Positions 30,714 through 39,431 of a stretch of 40,925 bases of DNA are shown here, piece by piece. A program made the position numbers and the translations under genes. The DNA comes from Candidatus Woesearchaeota archaeon. Lineage in GTDB: Archaea; Nanobdellota; Nanobdellia; Pacearchaeales; GW2011-AR1. Positions within the stretch are counted from its first letter, which is position 1. Each line of letters begins with the position of its first letter. Under the pieces are notes generated by a model. The model was not told the DNA's origin. It ran no database searches and was given only the letters and a program-made list of their open reading frames with translations. The stretch lies in contig CAZZGW010000001.1 of NCBI GenBank assembly GCA_964653605.1, positions 67,964-108,888 of the forward strand, written 5' to 3'.

Positions 30714-31829
30714 TTATAGAAATAATACTGCTATCGTTCCAAGTATAAATATTAGGCTTAAAACAATTATTATGAATTTGTTTATCCGTATTGAATATTC
30801 TGGTTTTCTTTCATTTTTCTTTTTGGCATTTCTTACCATGAGAAGAATTAATATGCTTGCTAATCCTCCTGAAACAACACCGCCTATTGAAAGGATCTTT
30901 GTGAATGAAAAGAAATCAAACATCTGAATTATTATAAATAAAATTATTGGAAGCATTGAAGAGAGTATCCAGGATTTTTTCTTTCTGTAGTGCTCATCGA
31001 ATATAAAATCATCTTCAAGAGAATTTCCTAAGGAGAGGTAGGAGGTAAACATTGTTAAGATTCCTAGGACTATGAATATCTTTCCTAACGCAAGGGTCGC
31101 TACTTCTGGAGTCCCCAACCCCATAAATCCTACAACAATTAGTGTGAATAGTATATAAAAAATAATTGAAATAATTGTTCCTAGAAGGATAGTTTTTTTT
31201 AATTTCTTCTTATCTTTTCCTAAGATAATTTTTATTTCTGGAATTGCGTGGAAAGACATCAATGCAAATAGGATTACTCCAAATGGAAGGAAGATATTTG
31301 AGGCATTAAATCCCAAAAGATTGTTTAACTGGACCGAGGGGATGAAGAAGATTATTATGAAAATTAAAAGTAGCAATACAATTCCCACACCTATTTTTTC
31401 AAATTTTTTCAAAGCCTTTTTCCCGTTCCATAGTAAGAAAGACATTATGATTCCAAAAAATATCCCAAAGAAAATGGAATAGCTTGTATTCCCTATTGCT
31501 AAGAAGCTTAAACTTTCTCCCACCCCTACCATGTATGCAATTATTGCAGCATAAATACCAAAGATTGTTGCAAATTCCATGAATCTTCTACCTCTTTTGC
31601 CAAGATATTTTTCTGCATATCCTACTATTTGGTGTTTATTTTTTGTTCTTAGAGAAACTTCTCCAAGATAGAGGTTAATCAGGTATGTTAGTAGGCCAAT
31701 TATAATTATATAAATAATTGCGGTGAGGAATCCTGCTTGGGCAGCAACGTAGGGAATACCTAAGATTCCTGCCCCTATGCATGTCCCGACTAGAATAGAA
31801 GTTCCTGTTAAAATTTTTTTATCCACCAT
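30714..31829 (-). CDS. amino acid permease (Aa_trans / aromatic amino acid permease-like), polytopic membrane protein
   Basis: It has about 10-11 hydrophobic segments and the N-terminal motif GTCIGAGILGIPYVAAQAGF, which is typical of this transporter superfamily. Confidence 0.65.
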   Translation of the reverse strand: MVDKKILTGTSILVGTCIGAGILGIPYVAAQAGFLTAIIYIIIIGLLTYLINLYLGEVSLRTKNKHQIVGYAEKYLGKRGRRFMEFATIFGIYAAIIAYMVGVGESLSFLAIGNTSYSIFFGIFFGIIMSFLLWNGKKALKKFEKIGVGIVLLLLIFIIIFFIPSVQLNNLLGFNASNIFLPFGVILFALMSFHAIPEIKIILGKDKKKLKKTILLGTIISIIFYILFTLIVVGFMGLGTPEVATLALGKIFIVLGILTMFTSYLSLGNSLEDDFIFDEHYRKKKSWILSSMLPIILFIIIQMFDFFSFTKILSIGGVVSGGLASILILLMVRNAKKKNERKPEYSIRINKFIIIVLSLIFILGTIAVLFL

Positions 31830-31918
31830 TTACCACACTCTTTTCATTATCTTTTGCTGTTTAATGAAATGGGAAAAATATTAAACTATAAAAAGGTTTT
31901 TTCTTATGTATATTTGAA

Positions 31919-31990
31919 GGGCGTATAGTTTAAGGGATAGAATTACAGGTTTCGGCCCTGTTGATCGAGGTTCGAATCCTCGTACGCTCG
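31919..31990 (+). tRNA. tRNA-Arg(UCG): tRNA-Arg (anticodon UCG)
   Basis: Hand-folded. Acceptor is GGGCGTA/TACGCTC with one G-U pair. Anticodon stem is ACAGG/CCTGT with loop TTTCGGC. T arm is CGAGG-TTCGAAT-CCTCG. Discriminator is G. A TATA-like TATAAAAA at 31887-31894 lies 25 nt upstream. Confidence 0.85.
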
Positions 31991-32056
31991 TTAAAAAATA
32001 AAAAGAATGAATAAAGCTGCGGAATAATCAGCAACTAAAGAGGTTAGAAAGAGATA

Positions 32057-32915
32057 ATGAGAAAACACCATAGGATAATTTTAGGGGGATTTAGTACGAT
32101 AGTTGTAGCATTCATGGTTATAACAGGAATCTTGCTTAATGGTTTAATTGTTAAACAGCAAATTAATCATAATGAAGTTGTTGATAAAATAGATACTTTG
32201 CAGATTGATACCCAGAGTAAATTAAATGAGTTAACAGAGAATCTTATGGAAACTATGGGGGATGTTGATACTCTAAATGGCAAGGTGGGTGTGATTAATC
32301 AGGAATTTGAATTGTTAAAAGACTCTACTGGTGGAGATTTTTCAGAGGTTATAGAGAATTCTATCCCTTCGGTGGTTACTATAAAAACAGATATTAGTCA
32401 GGGAACGGGTTTTGTTATTTCCAGTGATGGTTTCATAATAACTAATGCGCATATTTTGTCGGGGGGGGAAAAGAGTTGAAACTTGGAATTATGAACAACT
32501 TGTCTTTAGGACATCCTTTGTAGGGTATGATAGCGAGTTAGATTTAGCATTATTAAAGATTATTGGGGTTTTTGATCCTTTAGAATTTACTGATTCAAAT
32601 CCTGTTCATGTGGGAGAAGAAGTAATTGCTATTGGAAATCCGCTTGGGTTGCAATATAGTGTCTCTCAGGGAATTGTTTCTGGCGTCCATAGGAAAGGGC
32701 CAAATGGGTTGAATATTTATATTCAAACAGATGCAGCGTTAAATCCGGGTAATTCTGGAGGGCCTTTGATTAATACTAATGGAGATGTTATAGGAATAAA
32801 TAATTTTAAGAGTTCTTCTGGGGAGAGTTTAGGTTTTGCTTTGGAGTCTAATTCCATAAAAGAAGCTGTAAATCAAATTGCGCAAAATGAATTAAATATA
32901 ACTATTTTGAGTTAA
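32057..32915 (+). pseudogene. HtrA/DegP-like trypsin-fold serine protease (no PDZ domain) interrupted by a +1 frameshift at a G8 tract
   Basis: ORF 32057-32479 carries a TM segment, a coiled coil and the His box (GTGFVISSDGFIITNAHIL). ORF 32445-32915 carries the Asp box (DLALLKI) and Ser box (GNSGGPLIN). The two frames switch at GGGGGGGG (32461-32468). Deleting one G fuses them as ...NAHILSGGKRVETW... Confidence 0.8.
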
Positions 32916-32917
32916 TC

Positions 32918-32925
32918 TTAAATAG
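32918..32925 (+). promoter_or_regulatory. TATA box (TTAAATAG), leaderless geometry for proS
   Basis: It ends 21 nt upstream of the ATG at 32946. Confidence 0.4.
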
Positions 32926-32945
32926 TTTTATTTCTAACTTAGTTT

Positions 32946-34403
32946 ATGGGAAATAAGAAATCTATTGAAGGTATTACTGTAAAAAAAGAAGAGAATTTTT
33001 CTGAATGGTTTACACAGATAGTTGAAAAAGCAGAGATGGTAGATTTAAGGTTAGGTGTTAAAGGGTTTACTATTATTAGGCCTTGGGCTGCAATGACAAT
33101 GGAAAATATGTTTGAATATCTAGAGAAAGAATTACAAAAAAAAGGACATAGGCCTACTTTCATGCCTTGCGTTATTCCTAAGGAAAATTTAATGAAGGAA
33201 TCAGAACATGTTGAAGGGTTTACTCCTGAGGTTTTTTGGTTGAAGGATATTAATGAAGGTCAGGAATTAGCATTAAGACCTACTTCTGAAACATTATATA
33301 CTCCTATGTTTAAATATTGGGTTAGTGGGCATAGAGATTTACCTCTTAAATTATATCAGAGAGGTTCTGTGTTTAGATTGGATACAAAGGCCACTAGACC
33401 ACTGATTAGGGGTCGTGAGTTTATTTGGATTGAATGCCATGATGCTTTTGAAACAAAAGAGCAAGCGGAGGCACAAGTTCAAGAGGATATTGATACTACA
33501 GAGAAAGTTATGCATCAAATTTATGGGGTTCCTTTTTTGCCTATGAAAAGACCAGAGTGGGATAAGTTTGCAGGGGCAGAGTATACTGTGGGTTCTGATT
33601 GTTTTATGCCTGATGGGAAACTAATACAGCAGCCTTCAACTCATTTAATGGGACAAAAATTTTCTAAGGCATTTAATGCTACATTTAAGAACAAAGATGA
33701 GAAGAGAGAATATTTATGGACAACTGCTTACGGTCCTGCCGTTTCAAGAATTTTAGCCTCGGTAATTGCAACCCATGGAGATGATTCTGGAATGATTCTC
33801 CCTTATGCGATAGTCCCTATTCAAGTAATTGTGGTCCCTATTTTTAATGCAGAGAATAAGAAGAAGGTTTTAAAAAAAGCAAATAGTATTTTGAAAGATT
33901 TGAATAAGGCTGGAATTAAAGCAGAGGTAGACGAACGTGATTATAAAAGGCCTGGGGAAAAATATCATATTTGGGAATTGAAAGGGGTTCCTTTTAGAAT
34001 TGAGTTTGGAGAAAAAGAATTAGTGAAGGATGAAGTTATTTTGTTTACAAGGGATACTAAAAAGAAAGAAACATTGAAACTTAAGAACATAAAGAGTATT
34101 TCAAAGTTAGGAAAAGAATTTGATAAAAGACTTTTGGATAGGGCAGATAAATTTGCAGAAGGGAGAATTATTGATTGTTCTTCTAAAAAAGAAATTAAAC
34201 AAGCATTAGATTCTGGGAAGGTTGCCCGTATTAATTTTTGTAGTGTTGAAAAGGAAGGGGTTCCTTGCGCGGATATTATTGAAAGAGATTTTCACGGAGA
34301 TGTTAGGGGCACTTTGGCAAATAAGAATGAAAAAGCAAAAGGGGATTGTATTTTCTGCAGGAAACCTGCAACAAAGGTTGTTTATGTTGGAAGAAGTTAT
34401 TAG
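32946..34403 (+). CDS. proS: prolyl-tRNA synthetase, archaeal/eukaryotic type
   Basis: The N-terminus FSEWFTQIVEKAEMVDLRLGVKGFTIIRPW is present, as are class II motifs (LRPTSET, FRLDTKATRPLIRGREF). The C-terminal Zn-binding domain ends in the conserved terminal Tyr (VGRSY). Confidence 0.9.
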   Translation: MGNKKSIEGITVKKEENFSEWFTQIVEKAEMVDLRLGVKGFTIIRPWAAMTMENMFEYLEKELQKKGHRPTFMPCVIPKENLMKESEHVEGFTPEVFWLKDINEGQELALRPTSETLYTPMFKYWVSGHRDLPLKLYQRGSVFRLDTKATRPLIRGREFIWIECHDAFETKEQAEAQVQEDIDTTEKVMHQIYGVPFLPMKRPEWDKFAGAEYTVGSDCFMPDGKLIQQPSTHLMGQKFSKAFNATFKNKDEKREYLWTTAYGPAVSRILASVIATHGDDSGMILPYAIVPIQVIVVPIFNAENKKKVLKKANSILKDLNKAGIKAEVDERDYKRPGEKYHIWELKGVPFRIEFGEKELVKDEVILFTRDTKKKETLKLKNIKSISKLGKEFDKRLLDRADKFAEGRIIDCSSKKEIKQALDSGKVARINFCSVEKEGVPCADIIERDFHGDVRGTLANKNEKAKGDCIFCRKPATKVVYVGRSY

Positions 34404-34432
34404 AAATTTTGTATATTTGACTTTACATTTGG

Positions 34433-34464
34433 TACACTAACAAATTGTAGTGTATTTCTTTTTT
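34433..34464 (+). terminator. hairpin plus T-tract downstream of proS
   Basis: TACACTA-acaaattg-TAGTGTA forms a 7-bp stem and is followed by TTTCTTTTTT. Confidence 0.4.
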
Positions 34465-34839
34465 GAATCTTTTATTCTGATTTTACTTTTATTATAGCAT
34501 ATAGCTCATCTTCAAGCCGAAGAGTCAATTCCATTATTTGACTCAATTCTTGCTCTACGAATTGTTGTTCCATTTTTTCTTTCCTTTTTCCCATTTTATT
34601 TAGAACTCAAGGAAATTCAGTCTCATTCGTTAATGGTATTTGAACTAGTTTAAGAAGCGTGTCTCAACCCAATTCAGAACCAAAAATGAAACCGAATTAA
34701 ATTGAGTTTAGTTTAATAAATGAAGTATAGACTAAGCAATCCATTAAACAGGTATTCCAACCTCTAATGACAAGTCTATTCTCCATGTCTTTTAGAAGAT
34801 ATTAGAATTTATAAATATTTCTTTTCTTGAGAACAATGT

Positions 34840-35883
34840 TTATTTTTTGTTTAAAATATTTTTTATGTTATTTTCTAATTTATCTATGTCATTTATGTTA
34901 ATTTGGGCTCCAACTGCATTTATGTGTCCTCCGCCTGTAGAGTTTTCTAGAGGTTTTATTGCTTCCAACACTAGTTCCTTTACATTTTCCCCTCTTGCAG
35001 AGATATTGGCCTTTGGGCCTTTTGTAAATATTACAAGAATTATCTTTTCGGGGAATAAGAAACTTAGTTTATTTGCGAGATCTGCACTCATACTTGTGTC
35101 CCCCGCATATTTGAATAGGAGAAGGTTTCCAGAAACTTCTTTTTTTGCTTTTTCTATAAATTTATTGAAACTTTTTTCTATATTTGCGAATCTTAAAGTA
35201 AGTATTTTATTTTCTTTTGATTCGTTTAGGATGTCATAGGGATTTTTTGCATTGTTTAGGACTTTTATCATTTGGATCACGTTTGAAATCCTATCTTTTA
35301 ATCCAAATCCTATCATTCTTGATACTTTTCCTATTTCGGAATTATAAAGTATTTCAAAAGGATCTTTGGAATCTACTGAGAGCTCAGGATATTCTTCTTT
35401 GAATTGTTCATAAAATTTTGGGGTAAAGTGATCTGCAACGCATCCAACAACTCCTAACCAAGAATCTTCTTTTTTGTTTGTTATTTGATAACACAAAGCT
35501 GTTGTCGGCTCTGAAGTTTTTTCTTTATTATATACGGGATTGTAATAATTAATAAATTCTGGAACATAAAAGTCTTCTATTTCATGATGGTCTATCCAGA
35601 CCGTAGGAATATTATTTTCTCTAACCTCTTCAAAAAATTCTTTTGATACTTCTGGCTGGTCTAATATAAAAATATAATCTGCATTTAGTTCCCTAATTTT
35701 TCTAAAATAGTCTTTTGTCATTTCTGGGGAAACTTTTATTGGATACCCTTTTCCCCTTTTAATGAATCTCTTCAATAATATAAAACTGCATAATCCATCC
35801 TGGTCATTATCAAAGAAAAATAAGGGATTTTGGGCTTTGTCTAGATGTTCTCTAATTTCTTTTACTTGTTTTTCTGTTAACAT
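34840..35883 (-). CDS. stand-alone DHH/DHHA1 phosphoesterase (NrnA/Pde2-like); candidate c-di-AMP/pApA phosphodiesterase
   Basis: DHH motifs FFFDNDQDGLCS and WIDHHE are present, as is the DHHA1 motif GGGHINAVG. It is 347 aa long and lies 7 nt downstream of disA on the same strand. Confidence 0.75.
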   Translation of the reverse strand: MLTEKQVKEIREHLDKAQNPLFFFDNDQDGLCSFILLKRFIKRGKGYPIKVSPEMTKDYFRKIRELNADYIFILDQPEVSKEFFEEVRENNIPTVWIDHHEIEDFYVPEFINYYNPVYNKEKTSEPTTALCYQITNKKEDSWLGVVGCVADHFTPKFYEQFKEEYPELSVDSKDPFEILYNSEIGKVSRMIGFGLKDRISNVIQMIKVLNNAKNPYDILNESKENKILTLRFANIEKSFNKFIEKAKKEVSGNLLLFKYAGDTSMSADLANKLSFLFPEKIILVIFTKGPKANISARGENVKELVLEAIKPLENSTGGGHINAVGAQININDIDKLENNIKNILNKK

Positions 35884-35890
35884 GTTAAGG

Positions 35891-37000
35891 TTATATCTGC
35901 TTTCCTAAATTAATCTTCTCTCTTAAACTATATAATTCTTCCTTAAAAAAGGATATCATCCCTTCGCTTTCAAATATACTTATTAATTCCTCATCATTTG
36001 CAAGAAGAATTTTATCTAGTACTTTAAAGTTTGAAATTAGAGAATGGATGTATCTTTCTAGGATGTTTGTTTTGCTTAAAATTCTTATTCCTTTAGGAGA
36101 GACTTTTTTATCGTGAAGTTCTTCAAATAATGTTCTAGAAATATTTAGAGGTTCTAATAAGAAATCAAAATCCATCTTTTCAAGTAATTCTTTTGCGTAT
36201 GGGGAGTCGTTCCCAAAATAGTCTTTAAGTAAGAGATCTTCTTCTTTTTCTAGTCCGCCTGCAAGTTCTTTTAACCTCATACTAACAATCATCCCTTCCT
36301 TCCCCAACTCAACGAGGTATCTCTTTACCATTTCTGAAATTCTCTTTATTATTTCAAATCTTTGAATTACCCCACAAACATCATTTATTGTGGACATTCT
36401 GTTTAGTTCTAAATGGTTTAGGTTGTTTAAGTGTTCGTTTAAACTTTCTCTTTGTTTTTCTAAAATTTGTAGTGTTTCTGCTGCACGTCTCAAAATTTCT
36501 GAAGACTCCTTTAATTCATGTCTTTGATTTCCATAGTATAGCGTTATTTTCTTTTTTCTTTCAGAAATTGCTAAAACTATTGCCCCTGTTTGTTTTGCCG
36601 TTCTTTCTGCTGCTTTGTGCCTTGTTCCTGTTTCTTTTGTTGAAATTTCTTGATTTGGAGAAAGTAAGGTATTTGCATGGAGAATCTTTTTTATATTCCT
36701 TGAAAGAATTATTGCCCCATCCATCTTTGCCAATTCAACCAGTTTCTGTGAGGTGAATCTAGAATATATCCTGAATCCTCTTTCAACAACTTTTTCAATT
36801 TGCCCATTGTCTACAACAACCAATGCGCCCATTCCAGCATTGAGCAAATCATCTAGAGCGCTTCTTATTGAAGTTCCTGGTGCAAACATTTTTAGAACAT
36901 CTATGAAACTTTTTTCTTGTATTTCTGTTTTTTTTGGAGAACTTTCTGGGACAAATAATTCATCTACTTCAGAATTTTTTTCAGCTTCGCTTTTATCCAT
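35891..37000 (-). CDS. disA: DisA-type diadenylate cyclase (DNA integrity scanning protein)
   Basis: It is close to Bacillus DisA as I recall it: MFAPGTSIR versus FVAPGTPLR; ELAKMDGAIILS identical; KILHANTLL; ETGTRHKAAERTAKQTGAIVLAISERKKKITLY versus [33 protein letters not shown]. The 369-aa length and three-domain layout also match. Confidence 0.9.
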   Translation of the reverse strand: MDKSEAEKNSEVDELFVPESSPKKTEIQEKSFIDVLKMFAPGTSIRSALDDLLNAGMGALVVVDNGQIEKVVERGFRIYSRFTSQKLVELAKMDGAIILSRNIKKILHANTLLSPNQEISTKETGTRHKAAERTAKQTGAIVLAISERKKKITLYYGNQRHELKESSEILRRAAETLQILEKQRESLNEHLNNLNHLELNRMSTINDVCGVIQRFEIIKRISEMVKRYLVELGKEGMIVSMRLKELAGGLEKEEDLLLKDYFGNDSPYAKELLEKMDFDFLLEPLNISRTLFEELHDKKVSPKGIRILSKTNILERYIHSLISNFKVLDKILLANDEELISIFESEGMISFFKEELYSLREKINLGKQI

Positions 37001-37057
37001 CTAAAAAAAAGTAACTCTAAAATATATAAGCTTTTAGCAATAAAAATAGTTATTTTA

Positions 37058-38104
37058 TTATTCTTTTATCTCTGTTTTTAATTTGTTATATCCAAAAAAA
37101 TCCGTGGTATAATTATATGCTCCTGCATTTAGGAAGATAATTTTGTCTCCAATTTTGGGGGTTTTTAGTTTGACTTTATATCTAAAAATATCATCTCTTG
37201 TTGGGGAATTTCCTTTTATTAAATAAAAATCAGTTTGTTTATCTTGGTTATTGTCTGGCAATTCACTTTCAATAAGCATCTTTGTCCCAGTTAAAATAGA
37301 ATCTAGGGCACATTGGTAGATTGTGGCATTTATTATTAGATTTTTATTTTGTACTTGAATTATTTCTGTTTCTAACCTTATGCATGGGCTTGCTAAAAAT
37401 CTTCCTGGTTCAATATATGTCTCGATATTAAATTTTGAAAGAAAATCCTTGGCATTTCTTAATTTTTCGAAGATATAATTTATTACTTCTGTCGTATAAC
37501 TCCTATATTTTGTTGGAAGTCCTCCTCCAAGATTAAGAAAATTTATTGAATTTAGTGTTTCTTTTGTTAAGGAATCCTCTAATTCCTGCTTTATTTCCCA
37601 TTCACTTGTATTTTGGGATTTCCTATGAATATGAACCCCTAATTTTTCTAATAATGGATTATTCTTTAATTCGTAAATTAGTTCATTTACTTTTTTTGAA
37701 GGCATTCCATAAACAAAATATTTTCCAGTTCCAATCCTATTCTCTTGGAATTTCATTCTTAAGGATAATTGAATTTGTTTGTTTGTTTGTTTTATTGCGT
37801 TTAAAATTTTTTGGAGATCAATTTCATTATCAATTACAAATTTTGACAGACCAATTTCCAATAATTCTTGCAAATCTCTTTCTGATTCTGCTTGAGTAAA
37901 AAACCAAATCTTTGATTTGTTTTGAATAAATCCTATTTCTGGTTTGGAGTGTATTGAAAAATCAACTTCGTTAATTTCTTGTAGAACCTGCCCTACTTGA
38001 TTGTTTGTTTTATATGAATAGGAAATCTTCAAGTTCAAATCTTGTAATTTTTTTACTTGTTCTAATAGAATTTTTTTTGAGAGAATAAATTTTGCTTCGT
38101 TCAT
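37058..38104 (-). CDS. PLP-dependent Orn/DAP/Arg-type decarboxylase family (alanine racemase fold); polyamine biosynthesis candidate
   Basis: The PLP-lysine motif is YSYKTN (versus YA.KAN). The glycine loop is LNLGGGLP. A C-terminal beta-barrel-like region contains GAYNYT. It lies 1 nt upstream of the deoxyhypusine synthase gene. Confidence 0.65.
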   Translation of the reverse strand: MNEAKFILSKKILLEQVKKLQDLNLKISYSYKTNNQVGQVLQEINEVDFSIHSKPEIGFIQNKSKIWFFTQAESERDLQELLEIGLSKFVIDNEIDLQKILNAIKQTNKQIQLSLRMKFQENRIGTGKYFVYGMPSKKVNELIYELKNNPLLEKLGVHIHRKSQNTSEWEIKQELEDSLTKETLNSINFLNLGGGLPTKYRSYTTEVINYIFEKLRNAKDFLSKFNIETYIEPGRFLASPCIRLETEIIQVQNKNLIINATIYQCALDSILTGTKMLIESELPDNNQDKQTDFYLIKGNSPTRDDIFRYKVKLKTPKIGDKIIFLNAGAYNYTTDFFGYNKLKTEIKE

Positions 38105-38105
38105 T

Positions 38106-39050
38106 TTAGGGATTTTGGATTAAATTTTCTTTTTTTAGTTTATCTAAAACAGAAGACATAATTAATGGAAAAGTTATAGAAACATCCCCATTTACCGTTG
38201 CTGCTTCTGCATCATCTTTTAATTTACCCCAGGATTTTGCTTCTTGAGTTGTTGCTCCACTTACAGAACCAGAACTTGCGTGAGAAGTAGTTAGATAAAC
38301 GGCATAATCAAAGCCTCCAGACATTAATGCCGCAAATATTGCATAGTGTTTTGAAATACTTCCTCCAAGAGAAATTAGTGCTTTTTTATCATCAAAACTT
38401 AAATCAGTTATTACTCTTTGCATGTCCCATATTGTGTCAACAATGAAATCTTTGTTTTTTTGTTGAAACATAAATAAATGAAATCCAAAGCTAGAATCGG
38501 CAATTCCAGGGCAATAAATTGGAATGTTATTCTTTGCTGCTTGGTATAAAATTGAATTCTTATCCTCAAGTAAAAGGCCTATTTCCCTTAGTAGTTCAGA
38601 AGTTGATATTCTTTGTTGTTTCTTGTAAATTCCCGAGAGGGTTTCATTCATCTTATCCTCAAATTTCATGTAACTTTCATTCCTTATTAATAAATTTCCT
38701 ACCCGGTTTTCTCCACGTTCATGCATTGAGGTATCATCCGCGTAGAAGCTTGATAATTCAAATTCTTCTCCAAGAGCCTTCATGATATCTTCTTCAATTG
38801 CTCCAGAAGTTGTTACAAGTATATTTGGTATCTTAAGAGAGCATAATTGAGCAAAAAAACCTCTTAAACCAGAAGTAACCATATTTGAAGTAAATGTTAG
38901 GAATATCTTAGAATTGCTTCTTTTCATCTTTAGGATTACTTGCACTGCTTCTGAAAGTTCTGTTGCTTGGTATCCTAATGAGTTAAAACTATCAACGCAT
39001 TCTTCTATAGACATGCGTGGTTTCCATAAAAAATCTTTAACTTTCTTCAT
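38106..39050 (-). CDS. dys: deoxyhypusine synthase
   Basis: Conserved motifs include LGGSISKHY and the catalytic-Lys region TTQEAKSWGKL (versus EA.SWGK). The 314-aa length fits. Confidence 0.9.
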   Translation of the reverse strand: MKKVKDFLWKPRMSIEECVDSFNSLGYQATELSEAVQVILKMKRSNSKIFLTFTSNMVTSGLRGFFAQLCSLKIPNILVTTSGAIEEDIMKALGEEFELSSFYADDTSMHERGENRVGNLLIRNESYMKFEDKMNETLSGIYKKQQRISTSELLREIGLLLEDKNSILYQAAKNNIPIYCPGIADSSFGFHLFMFQQKNKDFIVDTIWDMQRVITDLSFDDKKALISLGGSISKHYAIFAALMSGGFDYAVYLTTSHASSGSVSGATTQEAKSWGKLKDDAEAATVNGDVSITFPLIMSSVLDKLKKENLIQNP

Positions 39051-39238
39051 TTTAATTGTTCATATGAAATATTTAGAATAAAAGTATGACTAGCTTTACA
39101 TAATAGGTATTGCCCTGTTAAATGTAAATTTTTTCAAACTCATAAAATTATTCGTTTGAAAGTATATTTAAGTGTTTCGAAATGTGGTTTTTCATCACAA
39201 GAATCTTTTTAAACAAAAATGACTGAAATAATATTACA

Positions 39239-39427
39239 ATGAATAGATGGTTAGAGATTTTATTTGGGTTAATCCTTGTAGTTGTTCCTCTTGCTCTTAT
39301 TCTTCCGGGAATGCCTTTGGCAGTGTGGGGAATTGCAGCATTGACTGTTCTAAAGGGAGCAATAGTTTGGATTTTACTTTTAGTGGGGTTATTATTAATA
39401 ATTCTTGGAATAAACGATTTGAAATAG
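39239..39427 (+). CDS. small membrane protein (62 aa)
   Basis: It has two clear hydrophobic helices (LEILFGLILVVVPLALILPG and AIVWILLLVGLLLIILGI). The alternative overlapping frame (39247-39435) is Cys/Ser-rich and less protein-like. Confidence 0.5.
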   Translation: MNRWLEILFGLILVVVPLALILPGMPLAVWGIAALTVLKGAIVWILLLVGLLLIILGINDLK

Positions 39428-39431
39428 TTAG

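Noticed and set aside
32445-32479. The ATG at 32445 was considered as a genuine start of an independent second protease gene.
   Set aside because: The resulting protein would lack the catalytic His box, which lies in the upstream ORF. The overlap coincides with a G8 tract, so a frameshift in a single gene is the simpler reading.
34472-34594. A 40-aa minus-strand ORF lies in the long proS-DHH intergenic gap.
   Set aside because: It has no SD or TATA at a suitable distance that I could see, it is short, and it matches no family. It is kept only as a note inside the finding on the gap.
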